From: Fibrobacteria bacterium
GTDB taxonomy: Bacteria; Fibrobacterota; Fibrobacteria; UBA11236
NCBI GenBank assembly: GCA_050486505.1
Contig: JBJHDK010000052.1
Location: 1-16,887, forward strand
DNA length: 16,887 bases
Direction of reading: 5' to 3'
Part shown: positions 1 through 8,355 of the stretch, piece by piece
Position numbering within the stretch: the first letter of the stretch is position 1
Layout: each line of letters begins with the position of its first letter
Notes under the pieces: model-generated
Database searches by the model: none
What the model saw: only the letters and a program-made list of their open reading frames with translations
What the model was told of the DNA's origin: nothing
Position numbers and translations under genes: made by a program

Positions 1-673
1 ATGGCAAGGTCACGTTGCGGGCCACCTCCCACATGGTGCAGCCCATCGCATAGGCGGATTCCTTGAGAATCCCCGGGGTGGCCATGAACACGTCGCGCAT
101 GATGGAGGAGATGAAGGGGATGATCAGGATCCCGAGAATGATGCCCGTCGGCTGCCTGCCGATGCCGAGAGGCGGGCCCGTGAACATCGCGCCAAGCCAG
201 GGGATCCCCCCCAATGACTGCTCGATCGGATCGTGGAGGTAATCCGCAAAAAACGGCGCGAACACGAAAAGCCCCCACATCCCGTAAATGATGCTGGGAA
301 CCGCGGCCAGCAATTCGATCGCCGTTCCGACGGGACGCTTGAGCCATGCAGGAGCCAGTTCAGAAATGAAGAGCGCGATTCCGAAGCTGACGGGAACGGC
401 GATGAGGAGGGCAATGAACGAACTGACAAGGGTTCCGTACACCGGAGCCAGCACGCCGAAATCGAGCTGGACGGGATCCCACTTGGCGCGGGTGAAGAAT
501 CCGATCCCGAATTCCCGGAAGGCGGGGAGCCCCCCCTGAAAAAGCACCACGAAGATGCTGACAAGCAGAACCAATACGCCGATCCCGCAGATCATGGTGG
601 TCACGCGGAAGGCGGTATCGAGACCGCGCATGCCGGCGAGGGATTTGGTGTCCAGGGGGTTGTAAAGCTTCAT
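1..673 (-). CDS. pstC: Phosphate ABC transporter permease PstC (3' end cut by window edge)
   Basis: Not in the ORF track; translated by hand from ATG at 673 (in-frame TGA upstream at 691-689). Gives MKLYNPLDTK...WDPVQLDFGVLAPVYGTLVSSFIALLIAVPVSFGIALFISEL...IELLAAVPSIIYGMWGLFVFAP...IIPFISSIMRDVF...LKESAYAMGCTMWEV, which are typical PstC motifs including the EAA-loop equivalent. Lies directly downstream of pstS. Confidence 0.96.
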   Translation of the reverse strand, partial: MKLYNPLDTKSLAGMRGLDTAFRVTTMICGIGVLVLLVSIFVVLFQGGLPAFREFGIGFFTRAKWDPVQLDFGVLAPVYGTLVSSFIALLIAVPVSFGIALFISELAPAWLKRPVGTAIELLAAVPSIIYGMWGLFVFAPFFADYLHDPIEQSLGGIPWLGAMFTGPPLGIGRQPTGIILGILIIPFISSIMRDVFMATPGILKESAYAMGCTMWEVARNVTLP

Positions 674-710
674 CGGCGCGTCATGTCCTCATTGCCTCCA
701 TGCCTGGGCG

Positions 711-780
711 TCCGGGGGCGGAAGCGCCCGCGGAGCGGTCAAAAGTAGCACTCCCCCCGGCCACGATGGGCCGCGGGGGA
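711..780 (-). promoter_or_regulatory. Two GC-rich hairpins in the pstS-pstC intergenic region (mRNA stabiliser or partial terminator)
   Basis: Hairpin 711-734 is TCCG-g-GGGCG-GAAG-CGCCC-g-CGGA. Hairpin 752-780 is TCCCCC-CGGCC-acgatg-GGCCG-c-GGGGGA. Neither has an immediately adjacent U-tract on the minus strand. Confidence 0.55.
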
Positions 781-804
781 TTGCCGTCCAGATACAGTCG
801 CCGG

Positions 805-1860
805 CTATCGGAGCATCGGGCTTCCGTCCTGGTTCCGGAAATTGGCCCTCCAGTAATTGCGGATGAGCTTGACGGTCGGATCCGGAATCGGTACGAAGTG
901 AAGATTCGTTGCGATGTCATTGCCGTTGTCATAAATCCAGTCGAAGAACGCCAGCGCCTGCCGTGCCCGACCGAAGTTCCGCGGCTCCTTGTGCATCATG
1001 ATCCAGACCGCGCCGACGATCGGGTAGCTTTTCGCGCCGGGCTGCGCGGTCAGGATCAGGCGAAAGTCCTGGGCGCCGGCCCAGTCCGCGTCAGCCGAAG
1101 CGGCCTGGAAGTGATCGTCATACGGCTCAAGGAATGCGGTCTTGTCCGCGTTCTCGACCAGCGCGTAGGTGAGGTTGTTCTGCAGAGCGTACGCGTATTC
1201 GACGTAACCGATCGAATTGCGGATGCGGCCCACGTAGTTGGCCACGCCTTCGTTGCCCTTGCCGCCCACGCCGACGGGCCAGGACACCGAAGTCCCCTCG
1301 CCGACCCTGCGACGCCACTCTTCGCTCACTTTCGACAGGTAGTTAGTCCAGACGAAGGTGGTTCCCGATCCATCGGAGCGATGCACCACGGTGATGCGTG
1401 CGCCCGGCAGACGGACACCCGGATTCAAGGCCTTGATCCTTGCGTCGTCCCACCGGGTGATCTTGCCCAGATAAATGTCCGCGAGCAGTTCGCCCGTGAA
1501 CCTCAGGTCGCTCGACGCCACACCGGGGATGTTCACCACCACGGAAATCCCGCCCACGATGATGGGGAACTGCAGAAGGTCGAACTGCTTCAGCTCCTCA
1601 TCGGAAAGGGGGCGTTCGGAAGCGCCGAAATCGACGGTCGCATTCTTGATCTGGGCGATTCCCCCGCCCGAACCGATCGACTGGTAGTTGATCTGCACCC
1701 CTGTCTGTCGATGGTACTCGCTCGACCAGGCTGCCAGGACGGGAAAGACGAAGGTCGCCCCCGCGCCGGTCACCTGTGCCTGGGACTTCCCTGCCAGGGC
1801 GGAGAGGGCCACCGCGGCAAGGGCGAGTCCGCTCAGGGCTCCGTTTTTGAAAATCTTCAT
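805..1860 (-). CDS. pstS: Phosphate ABC transporter periplasmic binding protein PstS
   Basis: 351 aa with a signal peptide and motifs GAGATF, INYQSIGSGGG, VDFGASE, HRSDGSGTT, GGKGNEGV, IGYVEYAYA. SD AAGGAG upstream. Confidence 0.98.
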   Translation of the reverse strand: MKIFKNGALSGLALAAVALSALAGKSQAQVTGAGATFVFPVLAAWSSEYHRQTGVQINYQSIGSGGGIAQIKNATVDFGASERPLSDEELKQFDLLQFPIIVGGISVVVNIPGVASSDLRFTGELLADIYLGKITRWDDARIKALNPGVRLPGARITVVHRSDGSGTTFVWTNYLSKVSEEWRRRVGEGTSVSWPVGVGGKGNEGVANYVGRIRNSIGYVEYAYALQNNLTYALVENADKTAFLEPYDDHFQAASADADWAGAQDFRLILTAQPGAKSYPIVGAVWIMMHKEPRNFGRARQALAFFDWIYDNGNDIATNLHFVPIPDPTVKLIRNYWRANFRNQDGSPMLR

Positions 1861-1899
1861 GATGTCTCCTTGTTCACTTCCATTGTGTTCGTTTGTGCT

Positions 1900-2979
1900 T
1901 TAAAAAGAGAGCTGCAGTTGTGCGCGCGTACGCAAATGATCCGTGACCAGGGGCGACTCGTCGGCCAGCCAGGAAACATCGAATGTCGCCTTGATGGCGT
2001 GGCCCTTGTCATCGAAAAACACGTTGATCCCGCCGGTTGTTTCTTCACGGAGGTTGCCGGAAGCATCCCGATCCGGATCGATCCGGGCGTGGCGGACGGC
2101 TGCCTCGAGGCGCTGCGGAACCAGCATGTAATTGGCCTGGGCGTACCAGCCGTTCGAAGTCGTCGCGGGATCCATGGCCGATGCCCGGCGCGCACGATGA
2201 AAATATTCTCCGGTCACATAGGCACCGGCGTATCGCAGCCCTGCGCCCGCAGTCGCGGCGGCCTCATCAACCGCCTCACCAAAGGCGTCGCGATGGCCGT
2301 CGACGCTGTAATACGCTGCGCCATCCAGGAAGATCCGGGGGCTCGGTGACGGCTTCAAGTCCCCTTGGGACAATCCGAAATCTCCCAGGGGATTCCAGGA
2401 AACACGACCGAGGAACATGTTTCCCGAACCCGCATTGGCGCGCCCCGCACCTTCGCCGTTGAAAATCCCTGCCGAAACCTGAAGTTCCCGTTCCAGGGTC
2501 GCCCCCTTGATTTGCACACCCACCTCGCGACCCTTTCCGAACTCGCGGGAGGCAATGTTGCGTTCGACATGCGTCTGTCGGCCTGAAGATTCGAGTTGCT
2601 GGCGATCGTAAGCTGCCTTGAACTGGCCGACCCGAAGATCCAACCCCGGCATCAAGCTGCGCTCCACAAAGGCATCGGTGAGGGTGACGGCTTCCCGCTT
2701 GGCGAACTCCGCCTGGGCTTCATAACGCCAGGAATACACCGAACCCTTGACGCCCAGGAGCATCCGCGCCACGCTGAAATTGTTGACGTCGGGTTCACCA
2801 CTCAACTCCTCGTACGTGTGGCGTATTTGCATGCGTCCATTCATCATCAAGGTCGCCGTTCCTTCGGGATTCGCGATCGCGATTCCGCCCGCGGGTTGCA
2901 CTTTGATCTCCTGGGCGTTCGCTATCAGGACGCTTGCCAAAAGAACTGCGAAAGAAGTTCGAAATCCCCGATGGCCCAT
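1900..2979 (-). CDS. Phosphate-selective porin, OprO/OprP family
   Basis: 359 aa with a signal peptide, alternating beta-strand pattern, segments NGRMQIR, FSVARMLLGVKG, LTDAFV, LRVGQFKAAYDRQQLESS, GREVGVQ, and a C-terminal Phe (QLQLSF). Sits immediately upstream of pstS. Confidence 0.85.
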   Translation of the reverse strand: MGHRGFRTSFAVLLASVLIANAQEIKVQPAGGIAIANPEGTATLMMNGRMQIRHTYEELSGEPDVNNFSVARMLLGVKGSVYSWRYEAQAEFAKREAVTLTDAFVERSLMPGLDLRVGQFKAAYDRQQLESSGRQTHVERNIASREFGKGREVGVQIKGATLERELQVSAGIFNGEGAGRANAGSGNMFLGRVSWNPLGDFGLSQGDLKPSPSPRIFLDGAAYYSVDGHRDAFGEAVDEAAATAGAGLRYAGAYVTGEYFHRARRASAMDPATTSNGWYAQANYMLVPQRLEAAVRHARIDPDRDASGNLREETTGGINVFFDDKGHAIKATFDVSWLADESPLVTDHLRTRAQLQLSF

Positions 2980-3034
2980 GCATTTCCCTTTCGTTTCGTC
3001 AATGTTTCAATTCGAACGTTTTTCCTTGGTGGAG

Positions 3035-3133
3035 AGAATAGGAATCGCTTTCTGTTTCAATCATGTTTCAATCACGTTTCTTTGAAACAACACGGCAAAT
3101 AAACGGAAATTTAAGGGAAAACCTTCGGAAAAA
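3035..3133 (-). promoter_or_regulatory. Promoter of porin-pst unit with 11-bp-periodic repeat arrays (candidate Pho box)
   Basis: On +: TGTTTCA (3053), TGTTTCA (3064), CGTTTCT (3075). An opposing array has units at 3081, 3092, 3103, 3114, 3125. A -10-like TATTCT lies on the minus strand at 3040-3035, 12 nt downstream of the proximal repeat. Confidence 0.7.
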
Positions 3134-3194
3134 CATCTCAATTCGGAGTCTGGAGATTGTTTCCGTGAAAACCTGGCGATTCTCACCCGAAGAC

Positions 3195-3225
3195 AAAAAG
3201 GACGCCGGGAAAATCCCGGCGTCCT
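3195..3225 (-). terminator. Rho-independent terminator after the beta-helix lipoprotein gene
   Basis: Perfect 12-bp stem AGGACGCCGGGA/TCCCGGCGTCCT (3199-3225) running into a T-tract on the minus strand (A-run 3195-3199 on +). A second small hairpin CGCGGCC-GGAA-GGCCGCG is at 3231-3248. Confidence 0.88.
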
Positions 3226-3263
3226 GAAAACGCGGCCGGAAGGCCGCGCGGGGAGGGAGGCGA

Positions 3264-4622
3264 TTACCAGTTGCTCTTGCGCACCCAGGTGCCCTCGTCG
3301 ATCCACAGCGAGGATGCTGCCGGATCGAAGGCGCCGATGTAGGCGGCAGGCTCGAAACCGACACCGGTGGGCAAGGTCACCGCACCCGGCAATGCCGTCG
3401 CGGGCTTGGGATTGGTGCGCGTGATGGCCGGCGAGGTCGCAAGCGTATCCACGAACCAGCCGTTGATCTTGTCGATCGCGGCCTGGCGGGTGGCCACGGA
3501 ATCGGTGAGGCCGGCGGCGGGAGAGACCTGCACCCGGGCTCCGTTGTTGAACGCGTAGAGCCCTTGCGCACGCAAGGAGTCGTTGTTCACGAGGCGGATG
3601 CTGGTGTTTCCGTCGACGCGAATCGCCACGCCGGAAGGCGTGCCCGTGCCGAACCCGGTAATGATGGTGTTGTAGAACTGGCTGGCCACGCCGCGGCGGA
3701 GGCGCATGCCGTTCCAGCTGCTGGTGCCGTTGCCGATCAAGGTCATGTTGGCGATGTAGGCGTGCGTGCGCGGCAGGCTCTCTTCGGCGCCGTTACGGTT
3801 GTCGGCCTCGATGCCGTTCGCGTCGGTGTTGGTCACGCCGATGTGATAGCCCACGAGGTACTGCAGGGTTCCCTGCCAACCGAGGTCGTAGTCGAAAATG
3901 TCGTCGTCGCAGCCGGAGGCCACGAGATAGCGCGCGGAGTTGGTGCCGCCGAACCACTCGAAGCAGTCGTCGAGCCCCTCGTACTGGTGAACGTGCGAGG
4001 TGATCGTGCGGCTGCCGACGCCGCCGAACGTGAGGCCGTTCAGCTCGTTGTCGGTGCTCAGCTCATGACCCGCGTACTCGATGCGCACGTACTGCAGGTG
4101 ACCGCTGCTGTCATTCAGGATGGGGCTCGCGCCGCCGCCGAAGGGCACGCCCACCAGGCCCTCGAGTTCCGCGGAACCGCTGGGGAGGTTGACCTGCGAG
4201 CGGCCAAGCAGGGCCACGCCGCCGAAGTCGCCGCGCTCGGGAGAAGAGGTTGCTGCCGTGAAGATGATGGGGTTGGTGGGCGTTCCGACGGCGTGCAGGA
4301 TGCCGCCTTTCTCGACGATCAAAGCCGCGAGAAGTCCGTCGGTACGGCCAGTGATGGTGACACCGGGGTGCAGCTTCAACGTGGAGCCGAACTTGACGAA
4401 GGTGATGCCCTGCAGGGCGTAGGTTCCGGCCTCGAGCTCGCAGAGGTCGGCCGTGATGTCGAGCTTGAGGAGGTTGGTGCCGTCTTCGAGGCAGCCGCTG
4501 GCCGTCCCGTTCCCGTTTCCGTTGTCGTCTTTCTTGGAGGACGTACCGCTGTCGAAGCAGGCGGTCATCAACCCTGCCGAGAGCAGGAAGGCCGAGGCCC
4601 CGAGGAGTTTATGATGGATCAT
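3264..4622 (-). CDS. Surface/outer-membrane lipoprotein with probable right-handed beta-helix (pectin-lyase-like) fold, function unknown
   Basis: Start reassigned to ATG 4622 (SD AAGGA; signal MIHHKLLGASAFLLSAGLMTA-C), giving 452 aa. Motifs include GTPTNPIIFT, GDFGGVALLG, DSSGHLQYVRIEYAG, NELNGLTFGGVG, DDCFEWFGG, DDDIFDYDLGWQG, NGIEADN, NMTLIG, YIGAF. The fold call is from pattern recognition only. Confidence 0.8.
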   Translation of the reverse strand: MIHHKLLGASAFLLSAGLMTACFDSGTSSKKDDNGNGNGTASGCLEDGTNLLKLDITADLCELEAGTYALQGITFVKFGSTLKLHPGVTITGRTDGLLAALIVEKGGILHAVGTPTNPIIFTAATSSPERGDFGGVALLGRSQVNLPSGSAELEGLVGVPFGGGASPILNDSSGHLQYVRIEYAGHELSTDNELNGLTFGGVGSRTITSHVHQYEGLDDCFEWFGGTNSARYLVASGCDDDIFDYDLGWQGTLQYLVGYHIGVTNTDANGIEADNRNGAEESLPRTHAYIANMTLIGNGTSSWNGMRLRRGVASQFYNTIITGFGTGTPSGVAIRVDGNTSIRLVNNDSLRAQGLYAFNNGARVQVSPAAGLTDSVATRQAAIDKINGWFVDTLATSPAITRTNPKPATALPGAVTLPTGVGFEPAAYIGAFDPAASSLWIDEGTWVRKSNW

Positions 4623-4712
4623 GAATCGATTCCTTTCTTTCGTGACTTGCACTTGATTTGGCCCGAAGCTCGTCCTCTCGACTCGCCCTGTGCCGGTGGT
4701 TTTTAAATCCGG

Positions 4713-4771
4713 GCAAAAGGGAGGCATTCAGTGTTTCCCGGGTGTTACGGTCATGCTTCCCCTGATTTACG
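4713..4771 (-). promoter_or_regulatory. 11-bp-periodic repeat array upstream of the beta-helix lipoprotein (candidate Pho box)
   Basis: On +: TGTTTCC (4732), TGTTACG (4743), TGCTTCC (4754), ATTTACG (4765). On the coding strand this is followed by CTCCCTTTTGC. Confidence 0.55.
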
Positions 4772-5354
4772 GCGCTTGACTTTCCGGAGAATCCCCGGGG
4801 GCACGATCCCGGTCAACCGGACCGCCCTTGACCCCTCCCTGGTTATAGCTGATGACCTGGCAGGTGCCTTCGATGCACAGGGCCGACCCGAACAGCCGCA
4901 GGCCGCCCCGGTCAAGTTCCCGTTTCGGGGCGTGATACACCGTGCCCCCCTCGATCTCCGTCGGTTCGAAGACGGGAAACACGGGACTTCCGTGCGAAGG
5001 CTCGAGGACATCGCCCATCAGGCGCCGCAAGCCTTTCGTGCTATTGGCCTTGTGCATGCTGATCACGAATTCCCAGACACTCTCGCGATCCGGATCGTAT
5101 GAAGCCGACGTCGGCCAGATGCGTGCGCGGTAAACCGAATCGTTGACGAGTACCCGCACCATGCCGACCGTGTCGCCGCGCAGCGCGCGCGCGTACACCG
5201 TGTCGTGCAAAGCCGTGATTCCCGTCACCGTCTCGGAGCCGACAAGCGGCGACTGCGGCTGCGCCTCGGCCTCGCGGCGATCGCTTCCGCAAGCGGCAAG
5301 GAGACCCGCAAGCGCGAGCATCGAAAAGGGAAGCAGGGCGTTTCTAGAAGGCAT
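4767..5354 (-). CDS. Hypothetical lipoprotein (195 aa)
   Basis: Start reassigned to ATG 5354 (SD GGAG; overlaps the receptor gene end by 11 nt). Signal MPSRNALLPFSMLALAGLLAA-C with an LAAC lipobox. No family recognised. Confidence 0.75.
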   Translation of the reverse strand: MPSRNALLPFSMLALAGLLAACGSDRREAEAQPQSPLVGSETVTGITALHDTVYARALRGDTVGMVRVLVNDSVYRARIWPTSASYDPDRESVWEFVISMHKANSTKGLRRLMGDVLEPSHGSPVFPVFEPTEIEGGTVYHAPKRELDRGGLRLFGSALCIEGTCQVISYNQGGVKGGPVDRDRAPGDSPESQAP

Positions 5355-8300
5355 AGGTGACTCCAAGTGAAAATGTCGGTGTGTTTTCAACGCGCTTGAC
5401 GACCAGTCCGCCTTGAGTCTCGACCTTGGGTGCGGACGTCAAATTGCGGGCGGTGAACTTCGCCTTCAGTCCGGTCGCCAGGGTTTGCGTCCAGGAGAAC
5501 TCAAGGCTCTCGCGGGCTTCTTCGTAGACATCAGGGAACTCGGAAACGCCGACCTTCGAGATGCGGCGACCGAACTTGTTGTAGAGAAGCGACATTTGCG
5601 TGTTGCCGCCCTCGGGCTCGAAAAACAGGATGGCGTTGACGAGATAGGGAGACTGTCCCTGCATGGCGCGCTTGCGAGCGCCCTCCACCTCGGACCGGAT
5701 CCAGGTGAAGTTGCCGACGGCCTGGAAGGAGGACAACAGTTCATGCGCCCTGCCCAGGCCCACGCGCAGCTCCCATTCCGCTCCCAAGAGCGTCGCGGAG
5801 GGGGCGTTGGCGAAGGTTGCACGGTTGTTGCTTGATACCTGCTCGATGCGCATCTCCACGGGATTCTCGAAATACTTGTAGAAGCCCGAGACGGCGAGGA
5901 GTTCCGAACCCGACAAGAACCATTCCCAGCGGGCGTCGTAGTTCTGAATGTCCGTCGGCTGCAACTCGACGTTACCGACCGTCTCAAGCGCCTCTTGGTA
6001 CGAGAAGAAGAGCATGGGGGACATCTCCCGGTATTCCGGATACGAGAAGGTGCGCGTCCATGAGGCACGCAGGTTCTGGGACTCCGTGAGGCCGTACACC
6101 AGTGCGAAGGCAGGCAGGACGGCCATCCGGTCGTACCCGAAGGGAACCACGCAGTCGCCCAGGCGGCACGTGGCCGCCGCGGCCTCAGGCGGGTTGAGCT
6201 CGCCCTGCGGCGAGCGGGCGCGCCCCTCCACCCGGGCCCGGACAAGCCGCGCCCCCGCAATCGCACGCCAGCGATCCGAAAGCGCCATGTCGGCCTGGGC
6301 GTAGCCCGCCCACTGGAAATCATCAACGGCGTAACTGTCCTTTTGTTTCTGCCCCCGATTGGTGACGTAGCCCGAGTCCGAGGCGCCGTTGAGAAGGTTC
6401 AGATAATCCTCGTAGGTGCCGCCGAACTTCTCGGGAGCGCTGAACAGTTCCGGGCCTGCGATGAAACTGAGGCGGCGAACCTCATACTCGCGCGTCTTCG
6501 CGAAAAAGTACAGGCCGCCCGACGCCCTCGACCCTTCGAGGAAAGGCCCCCACTCGAAGGGAGTTTCCACGTCCGCCTTTGCGGCCCAACCGGTTTCCTC
6601 CAGATCGAACCAGTAGCGATCCTGCAGGCCAAGCGTGGCGGCGACGAACCACGGAAAGTCCGCATTGTACAACGTGTCGCCGGGACGCATGATCAGGTAC
6701 TTGCTCAGGCGGCGATCGGGCTCGACGCGAGAAGCGCCGGTGAGCGCGCCCATCCACCGGAAGCGCGCGCCGTTGTCATGGATGCGATGCTCCCCCTCCA
6801 GCTGCACGTTCCGCAGGGTCTGCTGCGCGTTCGCGATCTCGTACATCAGCGAAGTGTCGCCGTCCGACTCCCGCTCCCCGAGAATACGGCTCACTTCGTC
6901 TTCCCAGTCGCGGTTGAGAAGAAAGTTCAACCGCAGCTTGTGGCGGTCGCCGTCCTGCAGCGACGTCGTCCCCAGCACCCCCCATTTCACATTATCACTG
7001 TAGATGTCCGTCGTGAAACGATCGCGATAGGACGCGTTCTGCCCCTCGTTGTCCACATTGATGCGTCCGGTGAACTCCTCATCCGTGCTGAAGCTGCGCG
7101 AGTACGAAGAGCCGACAAGCCATCCGAAGGTGCGTTCCCCGCCGAGCGGAATCTTGTTGCCGAGTGAAAGCCCGTAACTTTGGTTGAGCGGCGCGGTCGC
7201 CCCGTGGGGGTTCCAGACATTCGGAATCGCGGCAAGGAGCTCGCGCTGGCGCGCCTGACGTTCCTCCGGAGTCTCACCCAGATTGGGGGTGCGGTGATCG
7301 AAGAATTCCCGCGGCACCGACGAAGGAATGGACCGTATGCCGTCATCGATGCCAAGCCAATCCAGCTTCCCTCCCTTGTAGGTGAGGTAATGTTCGAAGG
7401 TCGTCCCCGGCTCGTAACCCGCCCCGACGGACACTTCGATCAATCGCGTCTCCGGATAATCCTTGGTGCGCAACTGCAGCGAGCCGCCCGCGAACTCGGC
7501 GGGCTGGTCGGCGGTGAAGGTCTTCGAGACCACCAGGTTTTCAAGCAGCCGCGTGGGAAACATGTCGAGGGGGATCACGCGCTTTTCCGGGTTCGGGGAG
7601 CTGATGTTCAACCCGTTCAACTGCATGTTGACGTAGCGCTCGCCCAACCCGCGCACGTACACCATCCCGTCACCGCCAACGGAGATTCCGGTAACGCGAC
7701 GCAGCGCGGCCGCGGCGTCGCCGTCCGGGGTTTTCGAGATCTGCTCCGAGGAGATGCCGTCGCGCACGGAAGGCGCGTTGCGTTGCGCGAACAAAAGCCC
7801 CGCCTCGCTCGCGGAGGCCGCCGCGCCGGTGATGCGCACCGTTTCTCCCTGCAGCGCCCTGTCGGGGAGAAGAAGGCGTGACCGAAGGTCCCTGTCGGGA
7901 ATCACGCGCAGGCTGTCCGTCGTGAGGGGTGCGTATGAGCCGTGGTACACGAAGAGCACGTAAGCGCCCGGCTCCATGTCGGGGAACCCGAACAGGCCGT
8001 CCGCGTCGGTGACAACCGACATGTCGCGCCCCGTGATGATCACCCTCGCTCCCGCGACGACGGTTCCGCGCGCTTCCGAAACGATGCGCCCCGAAAGCGA
8101 CCCCTTTCCGGAGGACGTTCCCGGCAGTGCCCCCGCATACGTTCCGGCCTCCTCGACGGCGGCCTGTTCAGTGGAAGGGAGGACATCCGCGACCCTGCGG
8201 GCGGAGTCCGCGGCACGCGCCGACTCGACCGTCAGCGCATCCAGCAGAAACCCTTCCTGCTCTTCCGCGTCCACGGAGCCGGGGAGCGCGGCAACGGCAA

Positions 8301-8355
8301 ACGCCATGAGGAGGGCGGGCACGGTGAATCCTGAAAATCGTGAATGTCGTTTCAT
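5344..8355 (-). CDS. TonB-dependent outer-membrane receptor with N-terminal carboxypeptidase-regulatory-like domain
   Basis: 1003 aa: signal peptide, GSLSGRIV...TDADGLFGF (CarboxypepD_reg-like), plug DGISSEQISKTPDGDAAAALRRVTGISV...VRGLGERY...IPLDMFP...VSKTFTADQPAEFAGG, barrel motifs GNVELQP, FYKYFENPVE, QGQSPYLVN, ARNL, and C-terminal LGVTYAF. Confidence 0.96.
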   Translation of the reverse strand: MKRHSRFSGFTVPALLMAFAVAALPGSVDAEEQEGFLLDALTVESARAADSARRVADVLPSTEQAAVEEAGTYAGALPGTSSGKGSLSGRIVSEARGTVVAGARVIITGRDMSVVTDADGLFGFPDMEPGAYVLFVYHGSYAPLTTDSLRVIPDRDLRSRLLLPDRALQGETVRITGAAASASEAGLLFAQRNAPSVRDGISSEQISKTPDGDAAAALRRVTGISVGGDGMVYVRGLGERYVNMQLNGLNISSPNPEKRVIPLDMFPTRLLENLVVSKTFTADQPAEFAGGSLQLRTKDYPETRLIEVSVGAGYEPGTTFEHYLTYKGGKLDWLGIDDGIRSIPSSVPREFFDHRTPNLGETPEERQARQRELLAAIPNVWNPHGATAPLNQSYGLSLGNKIPLGGERTFGWLVGSSYSRSFSTDEEFTGRINVDNEGQNASYRDRFTTDIYSDNVKWGVLGTTSLQDGDRHKLRLNFLLNRDWEDEVSRILGERESDGDTSLMYEIANAQQTLRNVQLEGEHRIHDNGARFRWMGALTGASRVEPDRRLSKYLIMRPGDTLYNADFPWFVAATLGLQDRYWFDLEETGWAAKADVETPFEWGPFLEGSRASGGLYFFAKTREYEVRRLSFIAGPELFSAPEKFGGTYEDYLNLLNGASDSGYVTNRGQKQKDSYAVDDFQWAGYAQADMALSDRWRAIAGARLVRARVEGRARSPQGELNPPEAAAATCRLGDCVVPFGYDRMAVLPAFALVYGLTESQNLRASWTRTFSYPEYREMSPMLFFSYQEALETVGNVELQPTDIQNYDARWEWFLSGSELLAVSGFYKYFENPVEMRIEQVSSNNRATFANAPSATLLGAEWELRVGLGRAHELLSSFQAVGNFTWIRSEVEGARKRAMQGQSPYLVNAILFFEPEGGNTQMSLLYNKFGRRISKVGVSEFPDVYEEARESLEFSWTQTLATGLKAKFTARNLTSAPKVETQGGLVVKRVENTPTFSLGVTYAF

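Noticed and set aside
700..2349. 549-aa + strand ORF
   Set aside because: Antisense shadow of pstS and the porin, with no recognisable motifs. Long open antisense frames are expected at this GC content.
4623..4727. Upstream extensions of ORFs 3264..4727, 4767..5390 and 12157..12999
   Set aside because: Downstream ATGs put the signal peptide at the N-terminus, and two of them have good SD sequences. The extensions run into leader or promoter DNA or the neighbouring gene.
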